A stretch of DNA of 64,000 nt, taken from NCBI GenBank assembly GCA_903884455.1, contig CAISEW010000003.1:41313-105312 (forward strand), given 5' to 3'. This stretch comes from an uncultured Chloroflexota bacterium. GTDB lineage: Bacteria > Chloroflexota > Dehalococcoidia > GIF9 > AB-539-J10. A model generated the notes under the pieces. That model saw only the letters and a list, made by a program, of their open reading frames with translations, ran no database searches and was not told the origin of the DNA. Made by a program: the position numbers and the translations under genes. This document shows positions 49,229-59,100 of the stretch, in pieces; positions within the stretch are counted from its first letter, which is position 1, and the number at the start of each line of letters is the position of its first letter.

Positions 49229-49927
49229 ATGGTTGATTGGAATGATTGCCAGAAGAACTTAGGAATATCTTTCCACCAGGAGTCTTTACTGGAGCAAGCT
49301 TTCGTGCATTCATCTTATTCTAACGAAAATCCCGACTTCGCCTGGCCTAGCAACGAGCGCTTAGAATTTCTGGGTGATGCCATACTTAACTTCATTGTAA
49401 CGGAAAAGCTGTATGAAGAGTTTCCCAAACTACCTGAGGGAGAGCTAACTGAAATTCGTGCTTCTCTAGTTTGCCGCGATACTTTGGCTGAACAAGCTTC
49501 TTCGCTCAAGCTTGGTGACTGGCTCTTGTTAGGACGAGGTGAGGAAGCAAACAGAGGAAGGGCGAAGACGAGCAACTTAGCAAACGCTCTGGAAGCACTG
49601 ATTGGTGCTTTATATTTAGACCAGGGGCTGGCCAAATCCAGGAGATTTATTCTCAGACAGCTCAAGCCGGAATTGGAAAAAATAAAGGCAGGGAAGACAA
49701 CCTCAAACTACAAGGCATTAGTGCAAGAGCTCATCCAGGGACAAAAGAGGCCAACACCAGTTTACCGTTTGGTGGAAGCTATTGGTCCTGACCACAGCAA
49801 GCAATTTACCGCCGAAATCTTGGTCGATGGGGAGGCACTGGGCAGGGGGACAGGAAAGAGTAAGAAAGTTGCTGAGAGCCAAGCAGCAAGAGCAGCTTGG
49901 GAAAAACTGAGGTGTAGCCATGGGTAG
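49229..49927 (+). CDS. rnc: Ribonuclease III
   Basis: ERLEFLGDA catalytic signature plus C-terminal dsRBD. The track ORF starts at 49205; the Met at 49229 fits known N-termini. Confidence 0.9.
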   Translation: MVDWNDCQKNLGISFHQESLLEQAFVHSSYSNENPDFAWPSNERLEFLGDAILNFIVTEKLYEEFPKLPEGELTEIRASLVCRDTLAEQASSLKLGDWLLLGRGEEANRGRAKTSNLANALEALIGALYLDQGLAKSRRFILRQLKPELEKIKAGKTTSNYKALVQELIQGQKRPTPVYRLVEAIGPDHSKQFTAEILVDGEALGRGTGKSKKVAESQAARAAWEKLRCSHG

Positions 49928-50066
49928 ACGAGATTATAGAAAGCGAGAGCCAAAGAAACCCAAGAAAGGGGAGCAGAAAAGCAAACCGATTTCGGAACTC
50001 GTGCCACAGCTGGAGGTAGAGGTAATCAAGAAAAAGAGAAAGCCCGCCGAGGAATACGAAGAATAG
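49920..50066 (+). CDS. Candidate 48-aa highly basic Lys/Arg-rich small protein; not in the ORF track
   Basis: ATG overlaps the rnc stop (ATGGGTAG) and ends at a TAG just before the radical SAM start; about 40 percent K/R. Confidence 0.3.
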   Translation: MGRRDYRKREPKKPKKGEQKSKPISELVPQLEVEVIKKKRKPAEEYEE

Positions 50067-50070
50067 ATAG

Positions 50071-51006
50071 TTGGCAACTTACCTGGAGCTTTACCGTAGT
50101 GGCAAGCTAAGGAATCGGGTAGATGCGGCTGTATCTTTACTGGAGAGTTGCTCCGTATGCCCTCTCAGTTGTGGTGTGAATCGCCTGGCTGGCAATGTAG
50201 GCAAGTGCCGCACTCCCCGCGAAGCAATGGTATCCAGCTATGGGCCTCACTTCGGCGAGGAAGCCCCATTGGTGAGCAGACATGGTTCGGGTACTATATT
50301 TTTCACTAACTGCAACCTTAGATGTCTGTTCTGCCAGAATTATTCCATTAGCCAGCTAGGCGAAGGTCAGAAGGTGAGCAAAGAAGAGCTAGCTTACATA
50401 ATGCTCTTCCTCCAAGCTAGAGGATGCCACAATATAAACTTGGTGTCCCCAACCCACGTAGTGCCTCAAATTCTGGAAGCACTGGGGCTAGCAGTGGAGT
50501 CAGGCTTACATCTCCCCTTAGTATACAACAGCGGTGGCTATGACTCGGTGGAGACCTTGAGGATACTCGACGGCATTGTTGATATTTATATGCCTGACAT
50601 GAAATACGACGATGAGGAAACTGCTCGAGAATTGTCGGGCATTGAAAACTATCCTGAAGTAAATAAAGCAGCAATCAAAGAAATGCATCGGCAAACAGGT
50701 GACTTGGAGATAAACGAGGAGGGAGTGGCTCAACGAGGACTCCTGGTTCGACACCTGGTTTTACCCCACGGTTTGGCAGGAACAAAAGGGATAGTGAATT
50801 TTCTCAGCAAAGAAATTTCCCGCAACACCTATGTCAATATCATGGCCCAATACCATCCTTGCTACAAGGCTCTTCAAACTCCAAGTTTAGGGCGGCGAAT
50901 ATCATCTGCAGAATTTCATGAGGCATTATCTTTAGCTCAAGAAGCAGGGCTAAGTCGGCTGGATAAAATCCATCCCGTAGAGATTCTTCACATTCGCTCA
51001 GAATGA
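50071..51006 (+). CDS. Radical SAM enzyme (PflX / AmmeMemoRadiSam-type)
   Basis: CNLRCLFCQN radical-SAM cluster motif plus an N-terminal CxxCxxxC...C cluster; 311 aa; TTG start. Confidence 0.8.
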   Translation: MATYLELYRSGKLRNRVDAAVSLLESCSVCPLSCGVNRLAGNVGKCRTPREAMVSSYGPHFGEEAPLVSRHGSGTIFFTNCNLRCLFCQNYSISQLGEGQKVSKEELAYIMLFLQARGCHNINLVSPTHVVPQILEALGLAVESGLHLPLVYNSGGYDSVETLRILDGIVDIYMPDMKYDDEETARELSGIENYPEVNKAAIKEMHRQTGDLEINEEGVAQRGLLVRHLVLPHGLAGTKGIVNFLSKEISRNTYVNIMAQYHPCYKALQTPSLGRRISSAEFHEALSLAQEAGLSRLDKIHPVEILHIRSE

Positions 51007-51021
51007 CAAAGATAATTGAGA

Positions 51022-51330
51022 ATGAAAAGGGTAACTCAGGATAACGAAATAGCTGTGGCGCACCTTTCCGCTACAGTTTATGGGCGGGTGCAAGGTGTTT
51101 ACTTTCGCTACTTCGTCCGGAATGTAGCCAGGAAGCTAAGTTTAAAAGGCTATGTGCGCAACCTTGCCAGCGGCGATGCCGTAGAAGTTCAAGCTGAAGG
51201 AGAGAAGCCACAATTGGATAAACTACTAGAGCAACTTAAGGCGGGCCCGCCGGGAGCCTGGGTCAAGAGAGTGGAGGTAGATTGGTCGGACTATTCAGGT
51301 CAGTTCACCGACTTCAGTATAAGATATTGA
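51022..51330 (+). CDS. acyP: Acylphosphatase
   Basis: VYGRVQGVYFRYF and GYVRNLASG signatures. The track ORF starts at 51016 (TTG), with an ATG at 51022. Confidence 0.85.
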   Translation: MKRVTQDNEIAVAHLSATVYGRVQGVYFRYFVRNVARKLSLKGYVRNLASGDAVEVQAEGEKPQLDKLLEQLKAGPPGAWVKRVEVDWSDYSGQFTDFSIRY

Positions 51331-51339
51331 GAGGAAATT

Positions 51340-51378
51340 AAAGTGCCAAACTTCTTAATTTTTGCACTTTTATTTTGG
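51340..51378 (+). terminator. Candidate terminator after acyP
   Basis: AAAGTGC / GCACTTT 7-bp stem with a 17-nt loop, then TATTTTGG. Confidence 0.35.
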
Positions 51379-51391
51379 CTTTTTGAATTTC

Positions 51392-52144
51392 TTAGTCTTC
51401 AAGTTGAACTCTGCCCTCATTAATCAGTCTTAAGTGCTCGCAGCCAACTCCAGCTATTTGAGAAGCCTTAAGGTCAATTTCATGGGGTTCGCCAATCAAG
51501 ATTTTTCCGTAATCATCCACTTCCCCTTTCGTGGGATCATCAGTGTAAAAGAACTTTTGATGGGCTTCGATAATGCCCAAATCGAAGGGCAAGGTGAAGT
51601 AAAGGTCAGCAAGGACTTTCTCAATGCCTAACTCATACAGAGCTCCCCAGCCACCCGACTTGCCCTTTTTATACTTGCTCACCGGCAACAGACTCAAAAG
51701 GTTTGCTACACTGAATTGACCAGAGCGACCACAAACCTTGAATGGGGTAACACTAATTAAGAAGTCGCTGCGCAACACTACATTGGGTACCCAGAAACTT
51801 TCCACAGCATAAAATTGAGATAAAGGATTCTGCACCTCTATAAAAATGGAATCCCTGATATCAAGCATGAGAACGTTATGAAAGTTATATCCTAAAGCTT
51901 GATATATTGGGTAAATAGATTCACCGCTAGGAGTCCCGTCCGCAATGAGGATATCGGCATTACTAATTTTTCTAATACCTCTAATAATAGCATTTAGCAG
52001 TTTGGGACTTGTCGTTACAGGGTATGGCAAGGGGTAACCGGCAGAGGGTTTGATTAAAACGCGTCTTGCCCAGGCCAGCTGTGGAGGAAGAGTAAACACA
52101 AAATCTGAATCTTTGACAATCATTGACTTCATATCAGCAATCAA
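51392..52144 (-). CDS. DUF362-domain protein
   Basis: RVLIKPS... N-terminal pattern of DUF362; 250 aa. Confidence 0.55.
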   Translation of the reverse strand: MIADMKSMIVKDSDFVFTLPPQLAWARRVLIKPSAGYPLPYPVTTSPKLLNAIIRGIRKISNADILIADGTPSGESIYPIYQALGYNFHNVLMLDIRDSIFIEVQNPLSQFYAVESFWVPNVVLRSDFLISVTPFKVCGRSGQFSVANLLSLLPVSKYKKGKSGGWGALYELGIEKVLADLYFTLPFDLGIIEAHQKFFYTDDPTKGEVDDYGKILIGEPHEIDLKASQIAGVGCEHLRLINEGRVQLED

Positions 52145-52154
52145 ATTTCAATAA

Positions 52155-52802
52155 CTACAAAGCTGGTTGCAATAACACGATTTCGGTAACAGCCGGAAGC
52201 TTTTCGCGCTCAAACTCCACTTCGCTACTTCCTACCTTTCTCACATTTTTCTTGCCCTTAAGGAAATCCTCAACACCGGCTATAGGATAGGCACACTTGG
52301 GCGTCTTAAAATGCATGGGAATAACTATTTTCGGCTTTAATTGGTCACATACCTGGCTAGCTACAGGGGCATCAATGGTGAAGAAGCCACCCACAGGCAC
52401 AAACAGTATATCTACAGCACCAACTTCAGTGACCTGCTCTGGACTAAGCACATGCCCTAAATCACCCAGGTGACAAAGCCTTGTGTCATCTACATCGAAG
52501 CGAAAAACAGTGTTCGCCCCCCCCCGTTTACCCTGAGAGTCATCATGGTAAGTAGCAATGCCCTTAAACTGAATGCCTTTGGCAGTTTTTTTGCCGCTAC
52601 CCTTAACCACTTCAGGTTTCCCCTGTACTGCAGAAACGTTACTGTGGTCGCCATGGTCATGGCTCACTACAACGACATCAGCAGTTTCCTTGATAGGAGA
52701 ATAATTAATACCTCCACCCACAGCATAAGGGTCGGTAACTACTCTTAAACCATCTCTGGAGGTAATCAAAAAACAAGCATGGCCTAACCACTTTACTTTC
52801 AT
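52155..52802 (-). CDS. MBL-fold metal-dependent hydrolase (UlaG/YtkL-like)
   Basis: MKVKWLGHACFLI...HDHGDH. Confidence 0.75.
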   Translation of the reverse strand: MKVKWLGHACFLITSRDGLRVVTDPYAVGGGINYSPIKETADVVVVSHDHGDHSNVSAVQGKPEVVKGSGKKTAKGIQFKGIATYHDDSQGKRGGANTVFRFDVDDTRLCHLGDLGHVLSPEQVTEVGAVDILFVPVGGFFTIDAPVASQVCDQLKPKIVIPMHFKTPKCAYPIAGVEDFLKGKKNVRKVGSSEVEFEREKLPAVTEIVLLQPAL

Positions 52803-54307
52803 ATAGCCTCCTGACTCTTTGCTTCGCTCAAAGCTAATTCGACTAAAGTTCTGACGCCGACTCCAGTAGCCCCTTTTACTATGTAGCCACTCTCCTTCGC
52901 CGAGAAAGCAGTGCCAGCTATATCAATATGAACCCAAGGGATATTGGCAACAAATTCAGCCAAGAAGAGGGCAGCGGTGATGGCCCCGCCATGCCTGTTG
53001 CCGGTATTCTTAACATTGGCAATTTCGCTCTTGTTTTGCTCTTTATACTCCTCGGGCATGGGCATTTGCCACATTCTCTCGCCGGTTCTTTCCGTAGCTT
53101 CGAGGACTTTATTTACCAAGTCTTGGTCATTGCCAAAGAGCCCGCTATAAAGGGTGCCTAAAGCAACACGACAAGCTCCGGTCAAAGTAGCCAAATCTAT
53201 CAAGGGAGATAAACCTTGTTTTACGGCATAACTCAGGGCATCAGCCAGGATAAGCCTTCCTTCTGCATCGGTGCTTATCACTTCTATGGTCTTGCCATTC
53301 ATCGCCTTCAGTACATCCCCCGGTTTCAGGGCTGTGCCACTGGGTAAATTCTCAGTAGCCGGAATAACGGCGGTGACATTAATTTTCGGTTTCAACTGAG
53401 CAATAGCCCCAACTGCTGTCATAACTGCAGCAGCACCAGCCATGTCATCCTTCATCTCATCCATCCCCTCCGACGCCTTAATGGAGATTCCCCCAGAATC
53501 AAAAGTTATGCCCTTGCCCAGAAAGCCCAAGGTTTTTTCAGAATGTTTATCTCCTTTATAGCTGAGAGTTATTAGCTTGGGGGGCTGGTTGCTTCCTTTC
53601 GCCACCCCTAAGAGTGCTCCCATGCCCATCGCCTCCATGTCCTCTCGGCCAAAAACTTTGAACTCTAAATTATATTTGCTAGCTATTTCTTTAGCTATTT
53701 CAGCCATCTGGCTAGGTGTCATGTAGTTAGCTGGTTCATTAACCATATCCCGAGCCAGGTTGGTAGCTAAAGCTACCGTTTTCCCCTTGCCAATAGCCGA
53801 CTCTAAGATTGGGACTTTTTCCCTTTCTCTTACCACTATCAGCATTTCTTCGATATCTTCATATTCAGGCTTTTTATATTTGGTGAAGTTATAAAGCCCG
53901 AGAAGAGCGCCTTCAGCTATTGCTTCAGTTGAAGCTTCAAGCTCAATATCACCTATGCTAGCACCATGGAGTATTGTAGCTATCTTGCGGCAATTCAATT
54001 TACGCAATGCCCGACAAAATTCTCCAGCCACCCCACGAATTTTATCCACATTGAAATCCTGGCGCTTGCCTAACCCGGCAATAGTGACTATCCTCGCTGG
54101 CAGTTTTCCCAACGTATGGATAATGCTAACTTCCCCAAACTTACCCTTAATCTCACCTCGACCGATGAGAGAGCTAATAGCTCCACTCAAAGCTTTATCC
54201 ACAGCAGCGGTAGCGCCGCCCGGTTGTTCCACACCTTCAAAAAGGTTTACCACAATGGCATCAGCTTCGATTTGAGCTATGTCTCCAACTATAACTTTAA
54301 TCTCCAA
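52799..54307 (-). CDS. pepA: Leucyl aminopeptidase (M17)
   Basis: NTDAEGRL and metal-ligand motifs; 502 aa. Confidence 0.9.
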   Translation of the reverse strand: MEIKVIVGDIAQIEADAIVVNLFEGVEQPGGATAAVDKALSGAISSLIGRGEIKGKFGEVSIIHTLGKLPARIVTIAGLGKRQDFNVDKIRGVAGEFCRALRKLNCRKIATILHGASIGDIELEASTEAIAEGALLGLYNFTKYKKPEYEDIEEMLIVVREREKVPILESAIGKGKTVALATNLARDMVNEPANYMTPSQMAEIAKEIASKYNLEFKVFGREDMEAMGMGALLGVAKGSNQPPKLITLSYKGDKHSEKTLGFLGKGITFDSGGISIKASEGMDEMKDDMAGAAAVMTAVGAIAQLKPKINVTAVIPATENLPSGTALKPGDVLKAMNGKTIEVISTDAEGRLILADALSYAVKQGLSPLIDLATLTGACRVALGTLYSGLFGNDQDLVNKVLEATERTGERMWQMPMPEEYKEQNKSEIANVKNTGNRHGGAITAALFLAEFVANIPWVHIDIAGTAFSAKESGYIVKGATGVGVRTLVELALSEAKSQEAI

Positions 54308-54399
54308 AATTCGTCTCCCTAAAATGTGTAAATTTTAGAACATTTATTTTACTTTATTTGGATGAAGAATTGAAGAGGTTAATAAAGGAATTTTTGCTC

Positions 54400-54984
54400 T
54401 TATCTCTTTGTTGCTCGCACAATCTTATCGATTACGGCAGTAATATCCTGCGAGGTATCAACAACAAGATGATTGCGAGAAATCTTTTCCCTTCGAGGCT
54501 TCATTTTATTATACACTTCCCAACTGGCTTCCGAGTCACATTGAAGCATCGCTGTTTTTTCTCGGGCCAGAAGGCGTTGCCGCACCACTCCGGTGGGAGC
54601 TTCAACCCAGACCAGGATGAGCTTTGCCCCGGCTCTTTCTGCAGCGCGGTAGAAATATTCTCGATGGTGCTCCAACAGATTTGTGGCATCAAAAATGACA
54701 GGTATTCCCTTCCTTAAAAGCTCTTCGATGAGAACATGGCAAGCAGAGAAAAGCCGCTTATTTTCATTTTCCTTATACTGGGGGGAAGGGAACAGGATTT
54801 TTCGCAAAGCATCGCTTGCTAAGATGAGAAAAGACAACCTCTCAGCTAGCTTGCGGCAGAAAAAAGACTTACCTGTGCCTGGCAAGCCACTAACCACTAT
54901 AAGCGGAGGCTCTACCTGGGGTTGGGGTAAGCCATTAAGACTTTGCCTTAATTTTTCTACGTCTTCATCTAAGCTACCTGCCAT
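54400..54984 (-). CDS. P-loop NTPase, predicted kinase (AAA_33 / zeta-toxin-like fold)
   Basis: Walker A GLPGTGKS; 194 aa. Confidence 0.55.
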   Translation of the reverse strand: MAGSLDEDVEKLRQSLNGLPQPQVEPPLIVVSGLPGTGKSFFCRKLAERLSFLILASDALRKILFPSPQYKENENKRLFSACHVLIEELLRKGIPVIFDATNLLEHHREYFYRAAERAGAKLILVWVEAPTGVVRQRLLAREKTAMLQCDSEASWEVYNKMKPRREKISRNHLVVDTSQDITAVIDKIVRATKR

Positions 54985-55086
54985 ACATCACAATTATCAC
55001 CATGAGTCAGCTTATGTGTCAAGATGCTATCCTCGTTCAGTACCTTGGGGATGACTATCAGGCGCACCGCTTTGCAGGCTTCGAGC

Positions 55087-56094
55087 CTATGTCTTCGTCA
55101 ATCCGACTGTGTTAAGGAATGCAGCGACGACAACTGGATCGAACTGAGTGTCAGCACAACGCTTAATTTCGTTTACAATGTCCGTGATGGACATTGCTGA
55201 CCGATACGGTCGGTCGGATATCATAGCATCAAAGGCATCGGCTACAGCCAGGATTCTGGCTCCCAACGGTATGTCACTGCCCGCTATAACTTGATGAAGT
55301 CCACTGCCGTCATAATGGTCATGGTGGTGTTCAATCATCTCGGTTATTTTCTCACTAACCAGCGGCCGCACAATCTCGGCGCCGATATGAACGTGAGTCA
55401 TAATGTGCTCGTACTCTTCACGTGTCAGCTTGCCGGGCTTATTCTGGATGACCTGGTCAACCGCTATCTTCCCGATGTCGTGGAGTAAACTTCCCCAGCG
55501 CAAGTCTTCCATATCCGGTACGGATAGGCCAAGTTCATTGCCTAAAGCTAATGCTATCTCGGTCACCCGGCGAGAATGTCCACCGGTGTACTTGTCCTTA
55601 GCTTCGAGGGCAGATACCAGTGCCTCGATGGCGCCCAGGAAAAGTTTTCTAATCTCTCCCGTCTGGTCTTCAATCTTTTCCTCCAGGTATTGCTGGTACT
55701 CCCTGATTTCGAGCTGTAGGCGCCTTTTCTCGAGAGCTTTTTGGACGCTCCGGGAAACCTCTTCCAGGTTAAAAGGTTTGCAGATGTAGTCATCAGCCCC
55801 CTGCTTCAGGCATTGAACGGCAACATTAACCTCATTAACAGCCGTAGCCATAATAACCGCTGTGTCAGGGTAGCCTGACTTTATTTCCGGGAGGAGTTCG
55901 ATTCCTGATTTACCGGGCATCTTTATATCCAGAATAACCAGAGCAATCGGGGTGGTTTCCAGTGTGTTCGAGATTTGCTCAGCAGTATCCGCTTCCTTAC
56001 ACTGGTAGCCTTCTCTTAATAATTTCTGGCAAAGGAGCCTCCTGATTGCAGCTTCATCATCGACGATAAGCAATGTTTCTCGCTGGCTAGGCAT
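55087..56094 (-). CDS. Response regulator with an HD-GYP c-di-GMP phosphodiesterase output domain
   Basis: REC domain followed by HD...HHHDHYDGSG (HD-GYP); 335 aa. Confidence 0.85.
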   Translation of the reverse strand: MPSQRETLLIVDDEAAIRRLLCQKLLREGYQCKEADTAEQISNTLETTPIALVILDIKMPGKSGIELLPEIKSGYPDTAVIMATAVNEVNVAVQCLKQGADDYICKPFNLEEVSRSVQKALEKRRLQLEIREYQQYLEEKIEDQTGEIRKLFLGAIEALVSALEAKDKYTGGHSRRVTEIALALGNELGLSVPDMEDLRWGSLLHDIGKIAVDQVIQNKPGKLTREEYEHIMTHVHIGAEIVRPLVSEKITEMIEHHHDHYDGSGLHQVIAGSDIPLGARILAVADAFDAMISDRPYRSAMSITDIVNEIKRCADTQFDPVVVAAFLNTVGLTKT

Positions 56095-56183
56095 ACCTTT
56101 ACTCCTTCTCAGCCAAGATATTCTTGGCCACTGTTTTTAGCTCCTTTTCATCTTTAACCACTAAAATGCTTTTCTCGTTGGCG

Positions 56184-59100
56184 TTAGCCTGTTTTAAGCA
56201 TATCTCCAATATGGTCACGACCGGTAATGTGCAATTCGACAAAAATGGTGGCCCCCTTACCCAGCTGGCTCCTGGCATATATCTGCCCACCGTGCTCGGT
56301 CACTATCCCGTGGCAGATGCTCAAACCAAGCCCGGTCCCTTTGCCTGCTTCCTTGGTGGTGAAGAAGGGGTCGAATATCCGCTTCAGATTTTCCGGTGGA
56401 ATACCCGGGCCATCATCAGCAATTGAAATCAGCACGGTATCGTTCTGTTTTTTGGTGGTGATGGTCAGGGTCCCTCTGTTATGTGCCGTAGTCATAAAAT
56501 ATTCGGCGTTGATAATGATATTCATGAAAACCTGCTGCATCTGAAAATAGTCAACCATGGTTTCGGGAAGGTCTGGGGCAAGATGTCTCTCGACCTCGAT
56601 ACCGTTTACCTTGCGTTCATAAGTACGTAATTCCAGCACGTCCTCGATAATGTTATTTATCTGGTTACGCTGCTTCACGGGTGCGTGCTTTCGGGCAAAG
56701 GCAAGGAGATTTTTTGTCACATTGGCAGCACGCTGAGCCTCGCTATAGATAATCTTCAGATCCTCATGAATGTCGTCGGGGACTTCCTTTTCCAGAAGCA
56801 ACTGGGAGAAACCGATAATGCTCGTGAGCGGGTTGTTAAGTTCGTGGGCGGTGCCGGATGCCAGTTCGCCAAGAGAAGCCAGCCGGTCAGCCAACATAAG
56901 CTGCTCATTCTGCCGCTTTTGCTCAGTAATGTCTGCAAAGGAAATTAAAGCTGCTAATTTGCCTTTATGCATAATCTTCGTAGCCGTTGTATTTATCCAT
57001 ATTTCTCGGCCGTCTTTGGTCACCATTCTAAGTTGATAGCCCTCGTGTGAGTTCTGTTCAAACACAGCCGTCTTAGTAATCTCAAGATATTTCTCTCTAT
57101 CCTCTGGAAGAATGAAGTCAAAGGGCTTTGCTTCAAAGGCTTCTCCTGCAGAACTAAATCCAAACATTTTCAGAGCAGCTTGATTAACCATCACTACTTT
57201 CATAGTTTCAGCATCCAGAAGAACCGTGCCGATGACCGAGCTATCGAACAAAGCTCGATAATTTTCCTCGCTTTGTCGCAGTGCTTCCTCCATCTTCTTG
57301 CGCTCGGTGATGTTAGTAATAGAAACTAAAGCCGCTAATCTGCCCTTATGCATAATCCTCGCACTCGAAATACTTATCCATCCTGTCCCGCCATCTTTGG
57401 CTATTACCCGAACCTCGTGAGTCCGCCGCAAGTCTTGTTCAAACTCTTTCGTGGCCATCTCAAGAATTTGCGCCCTGTCTTCTGGAATAACAAAGTCAAG
57501 TGGATTTATTCCAATGCCATCCCCTGCAGAACTAAATCCAGCCATTTCCGCAGCAGCTCGATTTCCTATCACTACTTGCATAGTTTCAGCGTCCAGAACA
57601 TACATGCCGATGACCGAGCTATTGAACAAAGTTTTGTAATTCTCCTCGCTTTGTCGCAGTTTCTCTTCTGCCTTCTTGCGCTCGGTGATGTCAGTAAAAG
57701 AAAATAAACCCGCTAATCTGCTCTTGTGCATAATTCTCGCACCCGTCACACTCAGCCATATTTCTCTGCCATCTTTGGTCACCGCCTGAATATCGACGGA
57801 CTTCCGCGAGTCCTTTTCAAACACCTCCTTCACAATAAGCTTAAGATTTTTCTCCCTGTCCTCCAGAGGAACGAAGTCGAGCGGATTTATTCCAGCGCCT
57901 TCCTTTGCGGAACTAAATCCAAACATTTTCACAGCGGCTTGATTACCCATCACTACTTTCATAGTTTCAGCGTCCACAACAAGCGCGCCGATGACTGAGC
58001 TATCGAACAAAGCTCGATAATTTTCCCGGCTTTGTTGCAGTTTCTCCTCTACCTGCTTGCGCTCGGTGACGTCACGCCCAACGCCACGGAACCCGATGAT
58101 CTCGCCCTTGTCATTTCGCAGAAGAGAGACCGATGTTTCGGCAAACCCGTGGCCCCCGTCTTTGCGGCTGGTTTTCCAAGGGAAGCCCTTGTTTGGCACA
58201 CCGGTCCGGTACACTTCATTAAAGACTCGAAATACGGATTCGATATCATCCTCAGCTATAAAGCCTTTATAGCTCATTCCAATCAGCTCTTTCCTTGAGT
58301 ATCCCAGGTCGCGGCACACCGAATTATTGACAAAGGTGAGGTGTCCGCCGAGGTCAACCTCGAAATAGCTATCTTCCATCTCCTCCAGTATAGTCCGGTA
58401 TCTCTCCTCAGACTGCCTCAGCGCTTCCTCTGCCTGCTTACGCTCGGTGATGTCTGTAAAAGAAATTAAACCAGCTAATTTGCCCTCATGCATAATCCTC
58501 GCACCCGTCGCACTTATCCATATGGTTCTGCCATCCTTGGTCACTGCCCGAATCTCATGAAGCTGCCGCAAATCCTGTTCAAACATATCCTCCATAGTAA
58601 GCTTAAAAGCCTTTCCCCTGTCCTCCGGAAAAACGAAGTCAAATACGTTTAGTCCGATGGCTTCCTCTGCAGAACTAAATCCAAGCATTTTTGCAGCAGC
58701 TGGATTAGCCATAATTACTTTCATAGTTTCAGCGTCCATAACAAACATGCCGATGACCGAGCTATCGAACAAAGCTCTATACTTTTCCTCGCTTTGTCGC
58801 AGTGCCTCCTCCATCTGCCTGCGCTCGGTGATATCCCTTGCAATCATCTGGACAACTTCTTTTTGGTCTGAAATTTTCGTGGGGATATATATGTGGTGGA
58901 AGTGTCTTCCCGTTCTTTCATCCTCGAAAATTTGGGGTTGCCACTCATCCAAAGCCTTCCTCACCATTCCCAATCGGTACTGCGCAACCTCTTGCGGCTG
59001 CACTTCGAATAATGTCTTGCCAATCAGTTCTTCCAAGGGAACTCCCAGGCTTCTTGCCGTCGCAGGATTCGCAGCAAGATATCTTCCCTCTCTATCTATC

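Noticed and set aside
56925-58830. CRISPR-like periodic repeats
   Set aside because: The period is about 375 bp, the repeats are protein-coding PAS modules in one long ORF, there are no short spacers and no cas genes.
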